This document shows positions 1-11,479 of a DNA stretch of 32,460 nucleotides, one piece after another. The DNA comes from Octopus bimaculoides (Eukaryota): positions 13,843,459 to 13,875,918 of the forward strand of contig NC_068987.1 of assembly GCF_001194135.2 (NCBI RefSeq), given 5' to 3'. The notes beneath the pieces were generated by a model. That model saw only the letters and a program-made list of their open reading frames with translations. It had not been told where the DNA came from and ran no database searches. Every line of letters begins with the position of its first letter. Position 1 is the stretch's first letter. Both the position numbers and the translations under genes were made by a program.

Positions 1-1210
1 CTTCTATTTCTATTTTCATTTTCTTATTCTTACTTTACTCTACCTCAAACTATCATTATTCTTTGCTTTATTTGTCTTCATTCATCATTGCCTTTTTATG
101 TTTCCATCTCCTATTTTAGCAGGACTGTTGTCTACCCTATTTCACCGGATTAATTTGTTTACCATGTCATTAGCAACTGTATATACATGTGTTTGTATAT
201 TGGTTTTATTGTCCTGTCCTCTTGGTTGAAAAATAAACAGGTAAATTGACATAATACAATGTCTGCAAGTTGATGAGTACCACATATTCCCCTCCATTTT
301 CTTATTGCTATATAAATTAAGGGTAAAATTTCCTTTTACCTGCACCCATTTATTACACTCAGTAAAAACACTAGTGTAATAGTAATCGGGTATCCTTCCG
401 GCAGTATATTGGATAGATATTATCCCTTAGTGGGTTGGATTCACAACCCCTAACTTTCTTGGATTATAATCATATATACATATATATCATCGTATATATA
501 TGTGCATATCAATATATATATTTATTTATTTGTTAATTTATTCATATCCTTCCAACACATCAGTCATTTTGTCATCATTAATAATTTACTGAAAGTCATC
601 GTTAATAATTTACAGAAAGTAATTCTAAATTTTCATATGTACAGATATAAAACATGAACAAGTGATAAATAGAATTATAAACCGTGATTCAGATGAAGAA
701 CTGCAAATAACACAACAAAACAAGTTTCTTTCAGGTGATAAAATATTGCAGAGCAATTCTTGAAGTAATTAGAACAACATTCATATTTCCAAGTTTTATT
801 TATATAAAACATTCAAGAAAGTTTTTTAAAATTTCACTATGATATAGAAAAAAGAAATTCAAAATATCATAGCAGATAAATAGACTATTACAGTTTTATT
901 AATATTTCAGAGAATTTTTTTTCCTTTTTTCAGGACCTTTAAACACGCATATATACATACACAAACACACACACATATATATATATATATATACACGCAC
1001 ACATACATACACACAGTTTTATACTTTTCCTCTTAACATTTCCAATGTTCTTTAAAGATTTTAAAAAAATTTTTGTTTTTATTTAAATTTTTGCTTTTTT
1101 TTTTTTTTAATTTTCATGTACATGCATACATATACACATCCTCAATTCAATGGTTTTCACACACCCTGTTCCAACAAGTTCTGTTGTTCCATTTATTTAA
1201 TTTACATGTA

Positions 1211-1459
1211 TCACAGTTGTTTCGTTGGCGTGGCCCTATCTGAGTCATCATTTCCTAAGGAGTTGACCTCGTTCTGGTCCTCGAGAATGCGATGTTTGGT
1301 TGTCGAGCAGATCTCCAGCATTTCCCGTAAGCCACGATTTTCTATTTCTAGCTGAGTCAGCCTTTCCTGTACTTTAGACACGGCAGTGTCATCCACTGCT
1401 ACAGCTTTTTGCATCACAGCAGCCATTTCACAGATTTTGTCAATCATTTGAACATTATC
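1211..1459 (-). CDS. FGFR1OP2: FGFR1OP2/SIKE-family protein, last coding exon ([24 protein letters not shown]...TPTKQL*)
   Basis: EMAAVM.KA and QERL.QLE.EN.GLRE match the SIKE/FGFR1OP2 C-terminal coiled coil. Polypyrimidine tract plus TAG acceptor (AG at 1461-1460), phase 0, TGA at 1213-1211. Confidence 0.95.
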   Translation of the reverse strand, partial: DNVQMIDKICEMAAVMQKAVAVDDTAVSKVQERLTQLEIENRGLREMLEICSTTKHRILEDQNEVNSLGNDDSDRATPTKQL

Positions 1460-1503
1460 CTACGGAAGAGAAAGAAAAAGTAACAAATTATATTATAAGC
1501 AAT

Positions 1504-1683
1504 TATCATCATCATCATCATCGTCGTCGCTGTCATTATTCAATGTCCATGTTCTATACTGGAGTACATTCGACAGTTTGACAGAAACTGATGGGCCTAA
1601 GGACCATATTGAGCTCCAATGACTGCTTTGGCATGGCTTTTATGGCTGGATGCCCTTGATAAGATCAACCACTTTACAGCCTG
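1504..1683 (-). mobile_element. RTE-type 3'-end fragment with (GAT)n tail
   Basis: 'ggctggatgccctt' motif and (atc)n tail. Confidence 0.7.
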
Positions 1684-2064
1684 AATGTAAAGACTGACAA
1701 ATGCTGCTCATCATTTTGTCCAGTATGTTAAAGACTCTGTTAGCTCACTGCCTTAACCAACTTACTACTACTACTACTACTAATAATAATAATAATAAAA
1801 GAAGTGATACAGAACCAGTGTGTATGTGTGTTTATTATTGGCAACATGACCCTCCCAACATACAACAAAATCTGTTTCAACAGATGAGTTCACATCAAAA
1901 ATCTTGCAAATCAAATACAAAGACAAGTTTCAAAGGGTTGTTGCTTTAGAAATGGGATTTCTATAGCTTTTTACCTGTTCATGAAGAACATCTGGGGTAT
2001 ACAGCAACCTCTAGCTACTTATAGTGTTGAGTTCTACTTCACCATGATAGTTATTTTATAGGGT

Positions 2065-2281
2065 GCTTCTATGTGGTTGTCTGACATGCTAGAAAGAGCA
2101 ACCAAATCTCTCTCAAAATACCCCCATTGCCTTAAAAATAAGCACATTGTATAACGTGCTTTCAAGTAAACTCTGTTTAAGGAAGAAATAAAAGATGGGA
2201 AGGTCATGGCAAGAATGCCTTTCATCACAGGTTTGATTGATCAGAGCTGACTTGGGAGCTAAAGAACAAGAACAACAACAT
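2065..2281 (+). repeat. Unclassified ~220-bp interspersed repeat (family C), (CAA)n tail
   Basis: 'gctagaaa.agca.ccaaatctc.ctcaaa', 'gtcatggc.ggaatgcc' and 'gctgacttgg' recur in the other copies listed. Confidence 0.75.
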
Positions 2282-2318
2282 CTAGCCATAATGGATCAAG
2301 ACCTTCAAAGAATGTTAT

Positions 2319-2660
2319 ATGGGAGGAGGGGGGAGAAAGATGGGGATAGAAAGAGAAAGTGGGAGAGAAAGGGAGAAAGTGGAAAAAAGTGAGAGAGTGG
2401 AAGGGAAAGAGGGGGAAAGTGGAAGAGAAGAGAGAGGGGGGAGGAAAGGGCAGGAGGAGGGAGAGAGAAAGGAAAAAGAGAGAAGGAGAAGGGGAAAGAG
2501 TGGGAGGGGAGAAAAGTGAGAGAGTGGGAGAGAAAGAGAAAGAGAGGGGGATGGAAAAGGAGGGAAGGGGAGAGAGAAAGGAAAAAGAACGGAGAAAGAG
2601 AGGGAAAGAGAGAGAGACAGAAAGGAAAAAGGAGAGGGAAATAGAGAGAGGGAGAGAGAA

Positions 2661-2706
<46 letters not shown>

Positions 2707-2755
2707 GAGGGAAGGAGAAACAGACAGAGAGAAAGAGAAAGAGAGAAAAAGTGAA
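2319..2755. repeat. ~440-bp polypurine (GA-rich) low-complexity tract ending in (GA)n
   Basis: Almost exclusively G/A on the plus strand. Confidence 0.95.
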
Positions 2756-3229
2756 TTCTATTTTGGCAACAACACTAGCAAAGGACTTCCAAAGAATACA
2801 CACGTAAAAATTGATCGTTTCCGAAAGTAAAGATTAGATTTGGGTCAAGAAACCGGGTTACTTTACTCCAGTATATTCCAATATACAAAACTTGAAGAAA
2901 ACAAAAAAAGACAATGACAAAATGTGTGGCCATTGAAAGTCAGTGGTGAAATCGGAGACTAAAATTCTGAATAACCAAAAGGTAAAAATAGCTTCAATTC
3001 ACTATCGTTTCACAGCTGATGAAACAAGCATCAGAATCTTGCTTTGTCTGTTTAACCAATTTCTTTTACAGCTGTTGGCTTGCATCATTTATTTAGTTGC
3101 TAGCTTGCTTAGTATTACCGTTCTTCTTCTTCTTCTTCTTCTTCTTCTTCATTCTTATTTTATTTTTTCTTTAGTTTCCATCAAACATTCACCACCTCGT
3201 TTCATAGACCCCGATCAATAAAATATTGT

Positions 3230-3325
3230 TTCACACACACACACACACACGCACATGTGCACACATACGCAGACAGACACACACACATGCGTGCACTCAC
3301 ACACACATACATACATACACACACT
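3230..3325. repeat. (CA)n-type microsatellite. Similar (TA)n/(TG)n/(GA)n runs at ~945-1015, 4450-4700, 8485-8620, 9070-9180, 9380-9500, 10695-10880, 10960-11050, 16983-17016, 20660-20810, 23860-23900
   Basis: Directly visible. Confidence 0.95.
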
Positions 3326-3446
3326 CAGATGTTCAAAATATGAAGAAAGAAGTGAATGAAAATATAAGACATTTATCTAATTGTAGTCTGAGTTTAAGGT
3401 GCTGGACAATTGGTCAAACGGTCATGGAAATTAGACCTAGCTACTA

Positions 3447-3607
3447 CTGTTGACGATGACGATGACGATGACGTTGAAGATGATGATGATGATGATGATG
3501 ATGATGATAACAATGACAATGATAACACTGCTGTTGATAACGATAATTATGACAATGATAATGATACTGTTGATGATGATGATGATGAGGATGATGACAA
3601 TGATATT
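3447..3607. repeat. Degenerate trinucleotide (GAT/GAC/AAT)n satellite
   Basis: Directly visible. Confidence 0.95.
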
Positions 3608-3656
3608 TGAGCAGCTGAACTAATTATAGAAGTTCTTTTCATTTTCTATGAAATAA

Positions 3657-3841
3657 CTGTTCTTGTTTTGGACTGACCTGACCTGTGGTCAAGTCCGGAC
3701 AATACACGACCCAAGAGGTTCAGCCATGATCATACCATCTTGTTTTCAGGAATAGTATATCTAGGATCACACCATCCAACGAGTCCTTCATTTTATAGCA
3801 TTGTAGGGCGGCAATTCAAGGGAGGTTTGGCTGCAATTTCC
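3657..3841 (-). repeat. Family C copy
   Basis: 'cagccatgatcatacc', 'ggaggtttggctgc'. Confidence 0.6.
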
Positions 3842-3992
3842 ATCATAGACAGCCTTTTGACCTTCCTATTCTGACAAAGCAGAATATCAAAGATGTGACA
3901 GCTGAAGAAAAGTGGGGGATGCACAGATTGGTACAATAAGAACAACTAATCTATGTTTGGTTAAAAATTATGAAATTAAAATGTTAGGCAAG

Positions 3993-4090
3993 GGTTAGCA
4001 ACAGGAAAGGCATCCAGACACAGAAAAATCTGCCTCAAATTCCATCTGACCCATGCATCAGGGAGAAATAGGTGTTAAATGATGAATAAA
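3993..4090 (+). mobile_element. Degenerate RTE-type 3'-end fragment
   Basis: 'caggaaaggcatccag...gttaaatgatga'. Confidence 0.6.
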
Positions 4091-4929
4091 TGATGAGGAG
4101 TTACCACTAACACAAAGAAGTAATTTCTACATGATGTACTTCATCCATTTTTCATAACATGTTCAAACCATTTTTGCTATTTCTTCAACAAATGTCTAGA
4201 ATTTCAAACCTGTCTCTTGCAATCAACTTTACCGGTTAAGTTAACTCTGCACATTAAATGAACAAGACTCAGAGTATTTTATCTGTGGAAGTGTTTGATG
4301 TGTTCAACTCTGTGAGGAGTGAAGTATTTATTATATAGCATTTTGGGCTCTTGTTCTTTGACTACGAGTGAGTAAGCAAGAGAGAACTGGTTTTATGGGT
4401 TTGGTGTGGGCAAATAAAATGATGAAAGTATTAAAATGAAAGAATGAGAAGACAGAGAGAGAGAGAGAGAGAGGGAGGGGGAGAAAGAGAAAGGGTCATT
4501 GAGGTAAATGAAGGGAGAGGGGTGATGAAAGTAAAGGGAATGATATAAAGGAAGGTGGAAAGAAGAGAGAAGTGGTGTGAGATGAATGAAGGGGAGGAAA
4601 CTACAATTGGAGAGGGGAAGGTAAGAGGAACTAATGTTTTGTAAGCCAGGCAGAAGGTAAAATGGAGGTGGTTGGAGGTACTGCAAGTAAAAAAAGAGTG
4701 GGAGGCAAAGACCAACAGCTCTCACAATATATTCTGAAATATTTCAGAAAAAGCACTCACATGACTTAATTAATAGAGGTGGGATGATGTGGAGAATGAG
4801 GTGGGACGACCAGAGATAAAGAGGTGGTGCTGAACAGAGTGCGAGGTTTAAGAACAGAGATAGACACTCAATTCCTATGTTTCAAAGTCCTATACAAGCA
4901 GCAATTAAAGGAGATGGTATAAATCAGGA

Positions 4930-5312
4930 GGAGGCGCAATGGCCCAGTGGTTAGGGCAGCGGACTTGCGGTCATAGGATCGCGGTTTCGATTCCCAGACT
5001 GGGTATTGTGAGTGTTTATTGAGCGAAAACACCTAAAGCTCCATGAGGCTCCGGCAGGGGATGGTGGCGAACCCTGCTGCACTCTTTCACCACAACTTTC
5101 TCTCACTCTTACTTCCTGTTTCTGTTGTGCCTGTAATTCAAAGGGTCAGCCTTGTCACACTTTGTCATGCTGAATATCCCCGAGAACTACGTTAAGGGTA
5201 CAAGTGTCTGTGGAGTGCTCAGCCACTTGCACGTTAATTTCACGAGCAGGCTGTTCCGTTGATTGGATCAACTGGAACCCTCGACGTCGTAAGCGACGGA
5301 GTGCCAACAAAA
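4930..5312 (+). mobile_element. Intact young tRNA-derived SINE (family A) with 11-bp target-site duplication
   Basis: A-box TGGCCCAGTGG, B-box GGTTTCGATTCCC, CpG-rich body. ATAAATCAGGA at both 4919-4929 and 5313-5323. Confidence 0.9.
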
Positions 5313-5373
5313 ATAAATCAGGAAATATTACAGGACATGGTGTTACATCAAACAAATAGCGCTGGTACATTAC

Positions 5374-5625
5374 CGTTCCTTGCTCACTGCTTCTAGAGAT
5401 TGATTTCTCAAACTGGTTGCTCTGTATGAGTTGAACCACTTGTTCCCGGTACTTCTGCATTATTAGTTCCAGGGCACTTTGGTGCTCTTCAAGACACAGC
5501 CGCAATTCCTGGTTTTCATGCTGTAGATCACGAATCTGTCGGTTTTCCTGTGCTATTTCTAGAACTAAAGTAGATCGTGGTCGATGACGAGCTATTTCAT
5601 TCAGCTCGGTTATACCGTCATGATA
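5374..5625 (-). CDS. FGFR1OP2: FGFR1OP2/SIKE-family protein, second coding exon (84 aa, YHDGITELNEIARHRPRSTLV...LEEHQSALELIMQKYREQ...SSEQGT)
   Basis: ARHRPRSTLV, QENRQIR.LQ and LEEHQSALELIM.KYREQ are near-identical to vertebrate FGFR1OP2. Acceptor tttttctctcttcag ends at 5626, donor ACG|GTAATG at 5373, phase 0/0. Confidence 0.95.
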
Positions 5626-5724
5626 CTGAAGAGAGAAAAAGTGGAAATATTTTAAGATTAATTGGAACAAAGAAATCAATACAATAAGTTCTATATATGG
5701 AAAACACTAATTACAACAAGCCAA

Positions 5725-5930
5725 CAAGTGGTGGTGTCTCTATGTAGTTGCCCTGCCTGCTAGAAATAGCAACAAAATCTCTCTCAAATCGCACCTAACA
5801 GTTTTGGGAGAAGGAAGGATACAATAGGTAACATAATCTTAGGCATGCACCTAAACAGATGGAATAGTCATGGCTGGAATGTCTTAGGACATAACTATGT
5901 TCAGTCAGGCTGACTTGGCACCAAATAACA
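5725..5930 (+). repeat. Family C copy
   Basis: 'cctgctagaaatagcaacaaaatctctctcaaatc', 'gtcatggctggaatg', 'gctgacttgg'. Confidence 0.75.
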
Positions 5931-6039
5931 ACTAGTTATGTGGTTGCTCAACCTGCAAGACATGGCAGCCACACACACACACACACACACACTCCTATCT
6001 TTCAAAGAGGGCATGAGCCCTTTCACATACACATATACA

Positions 6040-6240
6040 CACAATGGAATTTCCATCTACTACATTTATTCATGAGGTTTTGGTTGACCTGAGGTTATAG
6101 TAGAAGACACTTGCCTAAGATACTGTGCAGTAGGATTGAACCCAAAACACAATAGACTTCTTTCAGTTTCTCTCCACCAAAACCACTCAGTAGAAAACAC
6201 TTGCCCAAGGTGCTACACTTCTTAACCACATACTCATGTC
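6040..6240 (-). mobile_element. Degenerate CORE-type (OR2-like) SINE fragments
   Basis: 'tatagtagaagacacttgcc' and 'cacttgcccaaggtgc' motifs shared with 13926-14371. Confidence 0.7.
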
Positions 6241-7060
6241 TCTACTTATGCAGCCACATAATGCATTAAAATATCCAGTTTCACAGATACTAGTTTGACT
6301 GTTTCCCAGTTTAAAAATAACCAAATCAAATTTAAGGGCTTCTATGACCCTCTATGATTACCCTTCTGGTAGAAGCAATCCTGTTCTCAAGAATGAAATG
6401 TTAATAGATTTTAGATTTGGATTTTTTATTTAATCTTTATTCTATAGATGCAATGTTTCTTCAATATATTTTGCAGGGGTAAACTTTTTTTGATCTTTTA
6501 CAAAATAATTTACATTTCAGTTCATGCAATATTTCGTGTTACATTCATGTAAATTTTATATTCAAACAATCTTATATTCAACAATTTTATATTCAGACAG
6601 TAGCGTTACATGCAGCAGATGTCACCACTGCTACAGATCGAGAGCAGGACTTGTAGCATGCGTACCAGAGATGGTTACTGAACAAGAAAAGTCAAGGTTG
6701 ACCTATGATGGATAGCCAGAGAAGACATTTAAGCAATGGTTTAGTCTCAAAAAAGAATGTGTGTGTATCTAAGTGTACCTTTTAAAAAGGTCATTAAGTT
6801 GTGTTAGATATCCATCTTTTAATTTTAACTTAATGTACTTCAGACTTTTCAACTGATAAACGAAATTCCTGGCTTTCTTTTAGAGTATTTTTATATTTTA
6901 TATCTTTTACTTTACATACTTTTGATAGAAACAGCCTCAATCACTCCATTCCCACTCTCTCTTCTAAAATGTGAGCAGGCATGTAGCTTCTCTACAGCAA
7001 GAAACCTGTTCTGCTCTGGTCCCTTCTCTCATACTTTAACCCAGAAGACTGCACTGGTAT

Positions 7061-7252
7061 GGCCAGTGCCAGCGACATGTAAAAGACAGCCAGTACACTC
7101 TGTAGAGTGGTTGGCATCAAGAAGGGCATCCAGTCATAGAAACCAAGCTAAAACAGACGACTGGAGCCTGGTGCAGCTCTCCGGCTTACCAGCTCCAGTC
7201 AAAGTGTCTAACTCATGACAGAATGGAAAACGGACGTTAAATGATGATGAAT
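7061..7252 (+). mobile_element. RTE-type 3'-end fragment
   Basis: 'gtggttggcatcaagaagggcatccag...atggaaaacggacgttaaatgatgatga'. Confidence 0.85.
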
Positions 7253-7636
7253 ATATAAAGAACTATAACAGTATAGCTATAACCTTAAAGCCCTGAACTT
7301 TAACAGGATAGAGCGCTATAAAGGCACTTGAAGGAGACTGCATGCTTAAAGTTTTGAATTTTAGGACAATGTGCTTCATAATGAAGTTAGGAGAAGCACA
7401 GCTTGATCAAATACTCCTGTCAATCAACTCTGTGTATTGATCTGCTCAAAGTTATCCAGTGCTATTCACAAACCAATATCAGTCATTGACACAAGTTACA
7501 GACTGACAATGAAACTGAAATTTAGGATTTAAAAAACAAATTCAAATCAGTAAATCTAGTTTGTTTTTCTAATTCCAAGGAACATCCACTTCTTGGTGAA
7601 AAACAAAAACAAACACTACCATAGCATGGTATTATA

Positions 7637-7946
7637 GGCAAGTATTTTCTTTACTATAGCTCCTGGCTAACCAATGCCTGTGAGTGAATTTGGTAGACAG
7701 AAATAGGAGGAAGCCCATTGCGTGTGTCTTTGGATGGGTTGTGTTTGCCACCCAGCTACTTGATAACCAGTATTAGTTTGTTGATATTTCTGTAACTTAG
7801 GGGTCTGGAAAAAGTGACTGATAGATTGAGTCTCAGAATTAAAAATAAGTACTGGGGTCGGTTTATTTGACTAAACGCCTTCAAAGCACTGTCCCAGCAT
7901 GGGCTGTAGTCCAATGATTAAGACAAGTAAAAAGAATAAGAAAAAA
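7637..7946 (+). mobile_element. Degenerate CORE-type SINE whose tail ends ~10 bp from the donor at 7957
   Basis: Colinear similarity to the young copies at 13926 and 15510. Confidence 0.75.
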
Positions 7947-7957
7947 CAGATACTTAC

Positions 7958-8092
7958 CCTTTTCATAGCATCAATTTGATTATGCAGGGCATTGGTACTT
8001 TCCATTAATGTATTGGCTAAAGAATCATGATCTTTTAGTCGTGTTACAAGCAAACGGGCATCAGCAAGCAACTTCTCAAAACTCATCTTCAT
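7958..8092 (-). CDS. FGFR1OP2: FGFR1OP2/SIKE-family protein, first coding exon (45 aa, MKMSFEKLLADARLLVTRLKDHD...IDAMKR)
   Basis: Matches the FGFR1OP2 N-terminus (EKALADAKALVERLRDHD...AMKQ). Acceptor tttag ends at 8095, leaving 2 UTR nt before the ATG. Donor AGG|GTAAGT at 7957. Confidence 0.95.
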
Positions 8093-8219
8093 GCCTAAAG
8101 TAAATAAATAAAAAAAGAACACATAGATAAATATTAAAAAAAAAATATCCATCAAATATTGTTAAAAGTTTGTGTATGTCATCCAACCATTGCATGTGGA
8201 ATAATTATGGATGGAAAAC

Positions 8220-8470
8220 ATGGCTATGTAGTTAAGGAGTTTGCTTTCCAACCATGTGATTTCTGGTTCAATCCTACTGCATTACACCTTGGATTAGTTT
8301 GTTACATACACAAAAGCCCCTAGTTGATCAGTGCCTTGAGAGTGAATTTGGTAGATGGAAACTGTGTGGAAGCATGTCATGTATACATCTTTGTGTGTGG
8401 GTCTCTTTCTGTCTGCCCTTCACACCACTTGACAAAAAAGACCAATAGAAAAAGTGCCAGGCTTAAAAAA
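8220..8470 (+). mobile_element. Degenerate CORE-type SINE
   Basis: Head 'ggctatgtagttaaggagtttgctttccaacc' and 'gagtgaatttggtagatggaaactg'. Confidence 0.7.
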
Positions 8471-8482
8471 ACCAGCTGAAGT

Positions 8483-8522
<40 letters not shown>

Positions 8523-8836
8523 TTTATAAGTATATATGTATGTATACATATATAAAAACATATATGTATGTATAAAAGCATAACAGCTACACTAAAATAT
8601 GGGAATATATATATATATATANNNNNNNNNNNNNNNNNNNNNNNNNNNNNNNNNNNNNNNNNNNNNNNNNNNNNNNNNNNNNNNNNNNNNNNNNNNNNNN
8701 NNNNNNNNNNNNNNNNNNNNNNNNNNNNNNNNNNNNNNNNNNNNNNNNNNNNNNNNNNNNNNNNNNNNNNNNNNNNNNNNNNNNNNNNNNNNNNNNNNNN
8801 NNNNNNNNNNNNNNNNNNNNNNNNNNNNNNNNNNNN

Positions 8837-9069
8837 AGATATATGTGTGTATGTATGTATGTGTTTGTGTGTCTGTGTTTGCCCCAGCTTGATCGATGCT
8901 GGTGTGTTTACGTCCCCGTAACTTAGCGGTTCAGCAAAAGAGGCCGATAGAATAAGTACTGGGCTTACAAAGAACAAGTCCTGGGGTCGATTTGCTTGAC
9001 TAAAGGCAGTGCTCCAGCATGGCCACAGTCAAATGACTGAAACAAATAAAAGAAAAAAGAATAAAAAGA

Positions 9070-9070
<1 letters not shown>
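8837..9070 (+). mobile_element. CORE-type SINE, 3' half (5' half probably in the gap)
   Basis: 'gatgctggtgtgtttacgtccccgtaacttagcggttc...gtcaaatgactgaaac' near-identical to other copies. Confidence 0.85.
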
Positions 9071-9105
<35 letters not shown>

Positions 9106-9106
9106 G

Positions 9107-9158
<52 letters not shown>

Positions 9159-9402
9159 GGCAGACAGGCGGACAGACAGACAAAGACAGAGTGCGCTTGC
9201 GCATGCAGGCCTGCACCCACTTTGCACTCTTAATATATGCTCCATTAATTAAAATGTGATTTAGTGGTTTGAGTTCCTGATGGCTGCATGACTGTGAAGA
9301 TCATCAGACTATCAAGGAAGTTGCTCTGCGCTGTTGATAAAAATATAGTGTTTTAGTACAAAAGGAAGACTGTGTGATATGTATATGTGTGTATACATAT
9401 GC

Positions 9403-9438
<36 letters not shown>

Positions 9439-9455
9439 CTGTGTGTGTATAAATA

Positions 9456-9508
<53 letters not shown>

Positions 9509-10128
9509 TGTGTTAAAGTGATGTGCCACAATAAACAGTTCATTGTAATACAGCACTTTAACTATAATGTNNNNNNNNNNNNNNNNNNNNNNNNNNNNNN
9601 NNNNNNNNNNNNNNTAGTCATCACAGAATCTGTTATTTTCTACTGGAATATTGCATAGTAAAGTTAAAAGGTTCTTTATTGTAGATAGCAACTACTGTGC
9701 AGAACAAAATCTGAACAAGAATTGGATTTGGATTTCCATAATAGATGTGGTGAGAGACAGGGAATCATAAGCAAATTATGTAAATTGGTTTGGAGTCTGA
9801 TTAAAAAAAATATAATAATTTTAGACTGCAAAAATAAAGAAAAAAAAAATTTATTCTTGTAAAACTCATGAATAGAATGGATGCGCATGTGGGTGGGGTG
9901 GGGGCTGGTGGAACAAACAGGAGAAATAAAACTCAGTACATGAGTATATGTATGTTTTTTTTTTTGTTTTTAAATTTTATTCAGCAGAAAGTTACATGAG
10001 ATTAATGCATTATAAAACTCTCAGCCTTAAGTCCTCCAGTTGCTTTTGTACCTTTCTGCTAATTAAAAAATAATGAAAACCACCATACAACACCCCTTGC
10101 CACCACCACATATAATGTGTGTGTGTGT

Positions 10129-10392
10129 AAAGGTGTATGGCTAAATGGTTAGGGTGTTTGGCTTGTCACTGTAAGACCGTGAGTTCAATCCCTGGCTGCG
10201 CATTGTCCTTAAGCAAGACCCTTTATTCCATGTTACTCCAGTCCATTCAGCTGACAAAATTGAGTGGTACTTGTATTTCAAAGGACCAGCCTTGTCACAT
10301 TCTGTGTCACACTGAATCATTAGTTTCAAGAGCAGGTCGTTTCACTGATTGGGTCAGATTGGTTACATTGTCATTGTAACCGATGGAATGCC
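10129..10392 (+). mobile_element. Older tRNA-headed SINE sharing its 3' half with family A
   Basis: Degenerate A/B boxes. Shares 'caaagg.ccagccttgtcaca' and 'gtaaccgatggaatgcc' with 4930-5312. Confidence 0.75.
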
Positions 10393-10403
10393 GAGTGGCT
10401 ATT

Positions 10404-10581
10404 GGCGCAGGAGTGGCTGCGTGGTAAGAAGCTTGCTTCCCAACCACATGGTTCCGGGTTCAGTCCTGCTGTGAGGCACCTTGGGCAAGTGTCTTCTACT
10501 ATAGACTCGGGCCGAGCAAAGCCTTGTAAGTGGATTTGGTAGACGGAAACTGAAAGAAGCTTGTCGTATATGTGTGTATAT
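10404..10581 (+). mobile_element. CORE-type SINE, 5' half, head-to-tail behind the SINE at 10129
   Basis: tRNA-like head plus 'caccttgggcaagtgtcttctactatag' core. Confidence 0.9.
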
Positions 10582-10692
10582 TTTCACTAGTCTTATGTTT
10601 GTCTGAATATTGTTCTTTTGTTATTTGAAGTTGCCTAGATTTTGTCTTCTCTACTAAATACTCATACATCATCTTTAATGGGGTATTCCACC

Positions 10693-10765
<73 letters not shown>

Positions 10766-10830
10766 NNNNNNNNNNNNNNNNNNNNNNNNNNNNNNNNNNN
10801 NNNNNNNNNNNNNNNNNNNNNNNNNNNNNN

Positions 10831-10886
<56 letters not shown>

Positions 10887-11057
10887 AAGTCCTAATTTCA
10901 GTATCGAATTCTCCTTGTTCTCTTTATACCCTGTTTACACTCAAGTCTTTGCATTCAAGTGTGTGTGTGTATGTGCGTGCGTGTGTATGTGCGTGCGTGT
11001 GTATATGTGTGTGTGTGTGTGTGTTTGTTTGTTCGTGTGCGCACATGCACGTGTGAT

Positions 11058-11155
11058 TTTAGAAATTATCGATTGCTTCAGATTTTTGGCACAAAGCCAA
11101 CAAATTCAGGAGAAGGGGGTTAGTCGATTACATCGACCCCACCAGTACTTGACTG
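11058..11155 (-). mobile_element. 3' part of the same SINE family as 23172-23320
   Basis: 'gtcgattacatcgacccc' and 'ggcacaaagccaacaaatt' match the family tail in reverse. Confidence 0.6.
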
Positions 11156-11479
11156 AAAGCATGCAAAGTAAAGGGGTGGGTTGAGATGGGGTAGAATTAT
11201 GGATTTAATCGATTCTTGTTTAATTTTGTCCATCAACATTTGGTTTTAATTTCTGCTAAGTTCTTACTCAAAATTCCATCCACCTGAGTCTGTCGAAGTA
11301 ACAGTAATATATTGTGTAAATATAGGCCACCCATCCTCCCCACCACCCTCCATAAATTTTTTAAATATTTTATTTGCTTTGTTCTACTGAAATCTTTACA
11401 TACATTCAGAAAACTACACACTCATAAAACACAAATGTACTCAGACACAGAGGTACAAACATACACACATATCAGATCA

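Noticed and set aside
200-240. In-frame TGA in 'SCPLG*KINR' read as selenocysteine
   Set aside because: It matches no selenoprotein motif I know (CxxU, GCUG and so on), and no SECIS-like stem is evident nearby.
355-450. Cluster of small hairpins (tacact/agtgta, ggata/tatcc, gggttg/caaccc)
   Set aside because: 5-6 bp stems are expected by chance, and I recognise no RNA family.
571-618. 24-bp tandem duplication; also a 16-bp duplication at 14385-14416
   Set aside because: Only two units each, consistent with ordinary slippage. Not a CRISPR-like array.
2315-2803. ORFs of 66-162 aa here and at 3410, 4393, 8420-9691, 10642, 15212-16193 and 31926
   Set aside because: They are translations of microsatellites, low-complexity tracts, SINEs or N-gaps (poly-SL, RE, YI, D, M).
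4732-4749. Perfect 18-bp palindrome TTCTGAAATATTTCAGAA
   Set aside because: About one such AT-rich palindrome is expected by chance in 32 kb, and the spacing fits neither HSE nor STAT sites.
4930-5000. tRNA-like sequences here and at 10129, 10404, 14371, 15886 and 19644
   Set aside because: They carry A/B boxes but no complete cloverleaf, and each runs into a SINE body. They are SINE heads, not tRNA genes.
5155-5373. C-terminal extension of the 174-aa ORF past exon 2
   Set aside because: Homology stops at the GT donor at 5373, and the remainder reads through the antisense SINE.
9192-9216. NRF1-like TGCGCTTGCGCA plus palindrome TGCAGGCCTGCA
   Set aside because: It lies at a microsatellite edge, ~17 kb from the inferred promoter, with no other support.
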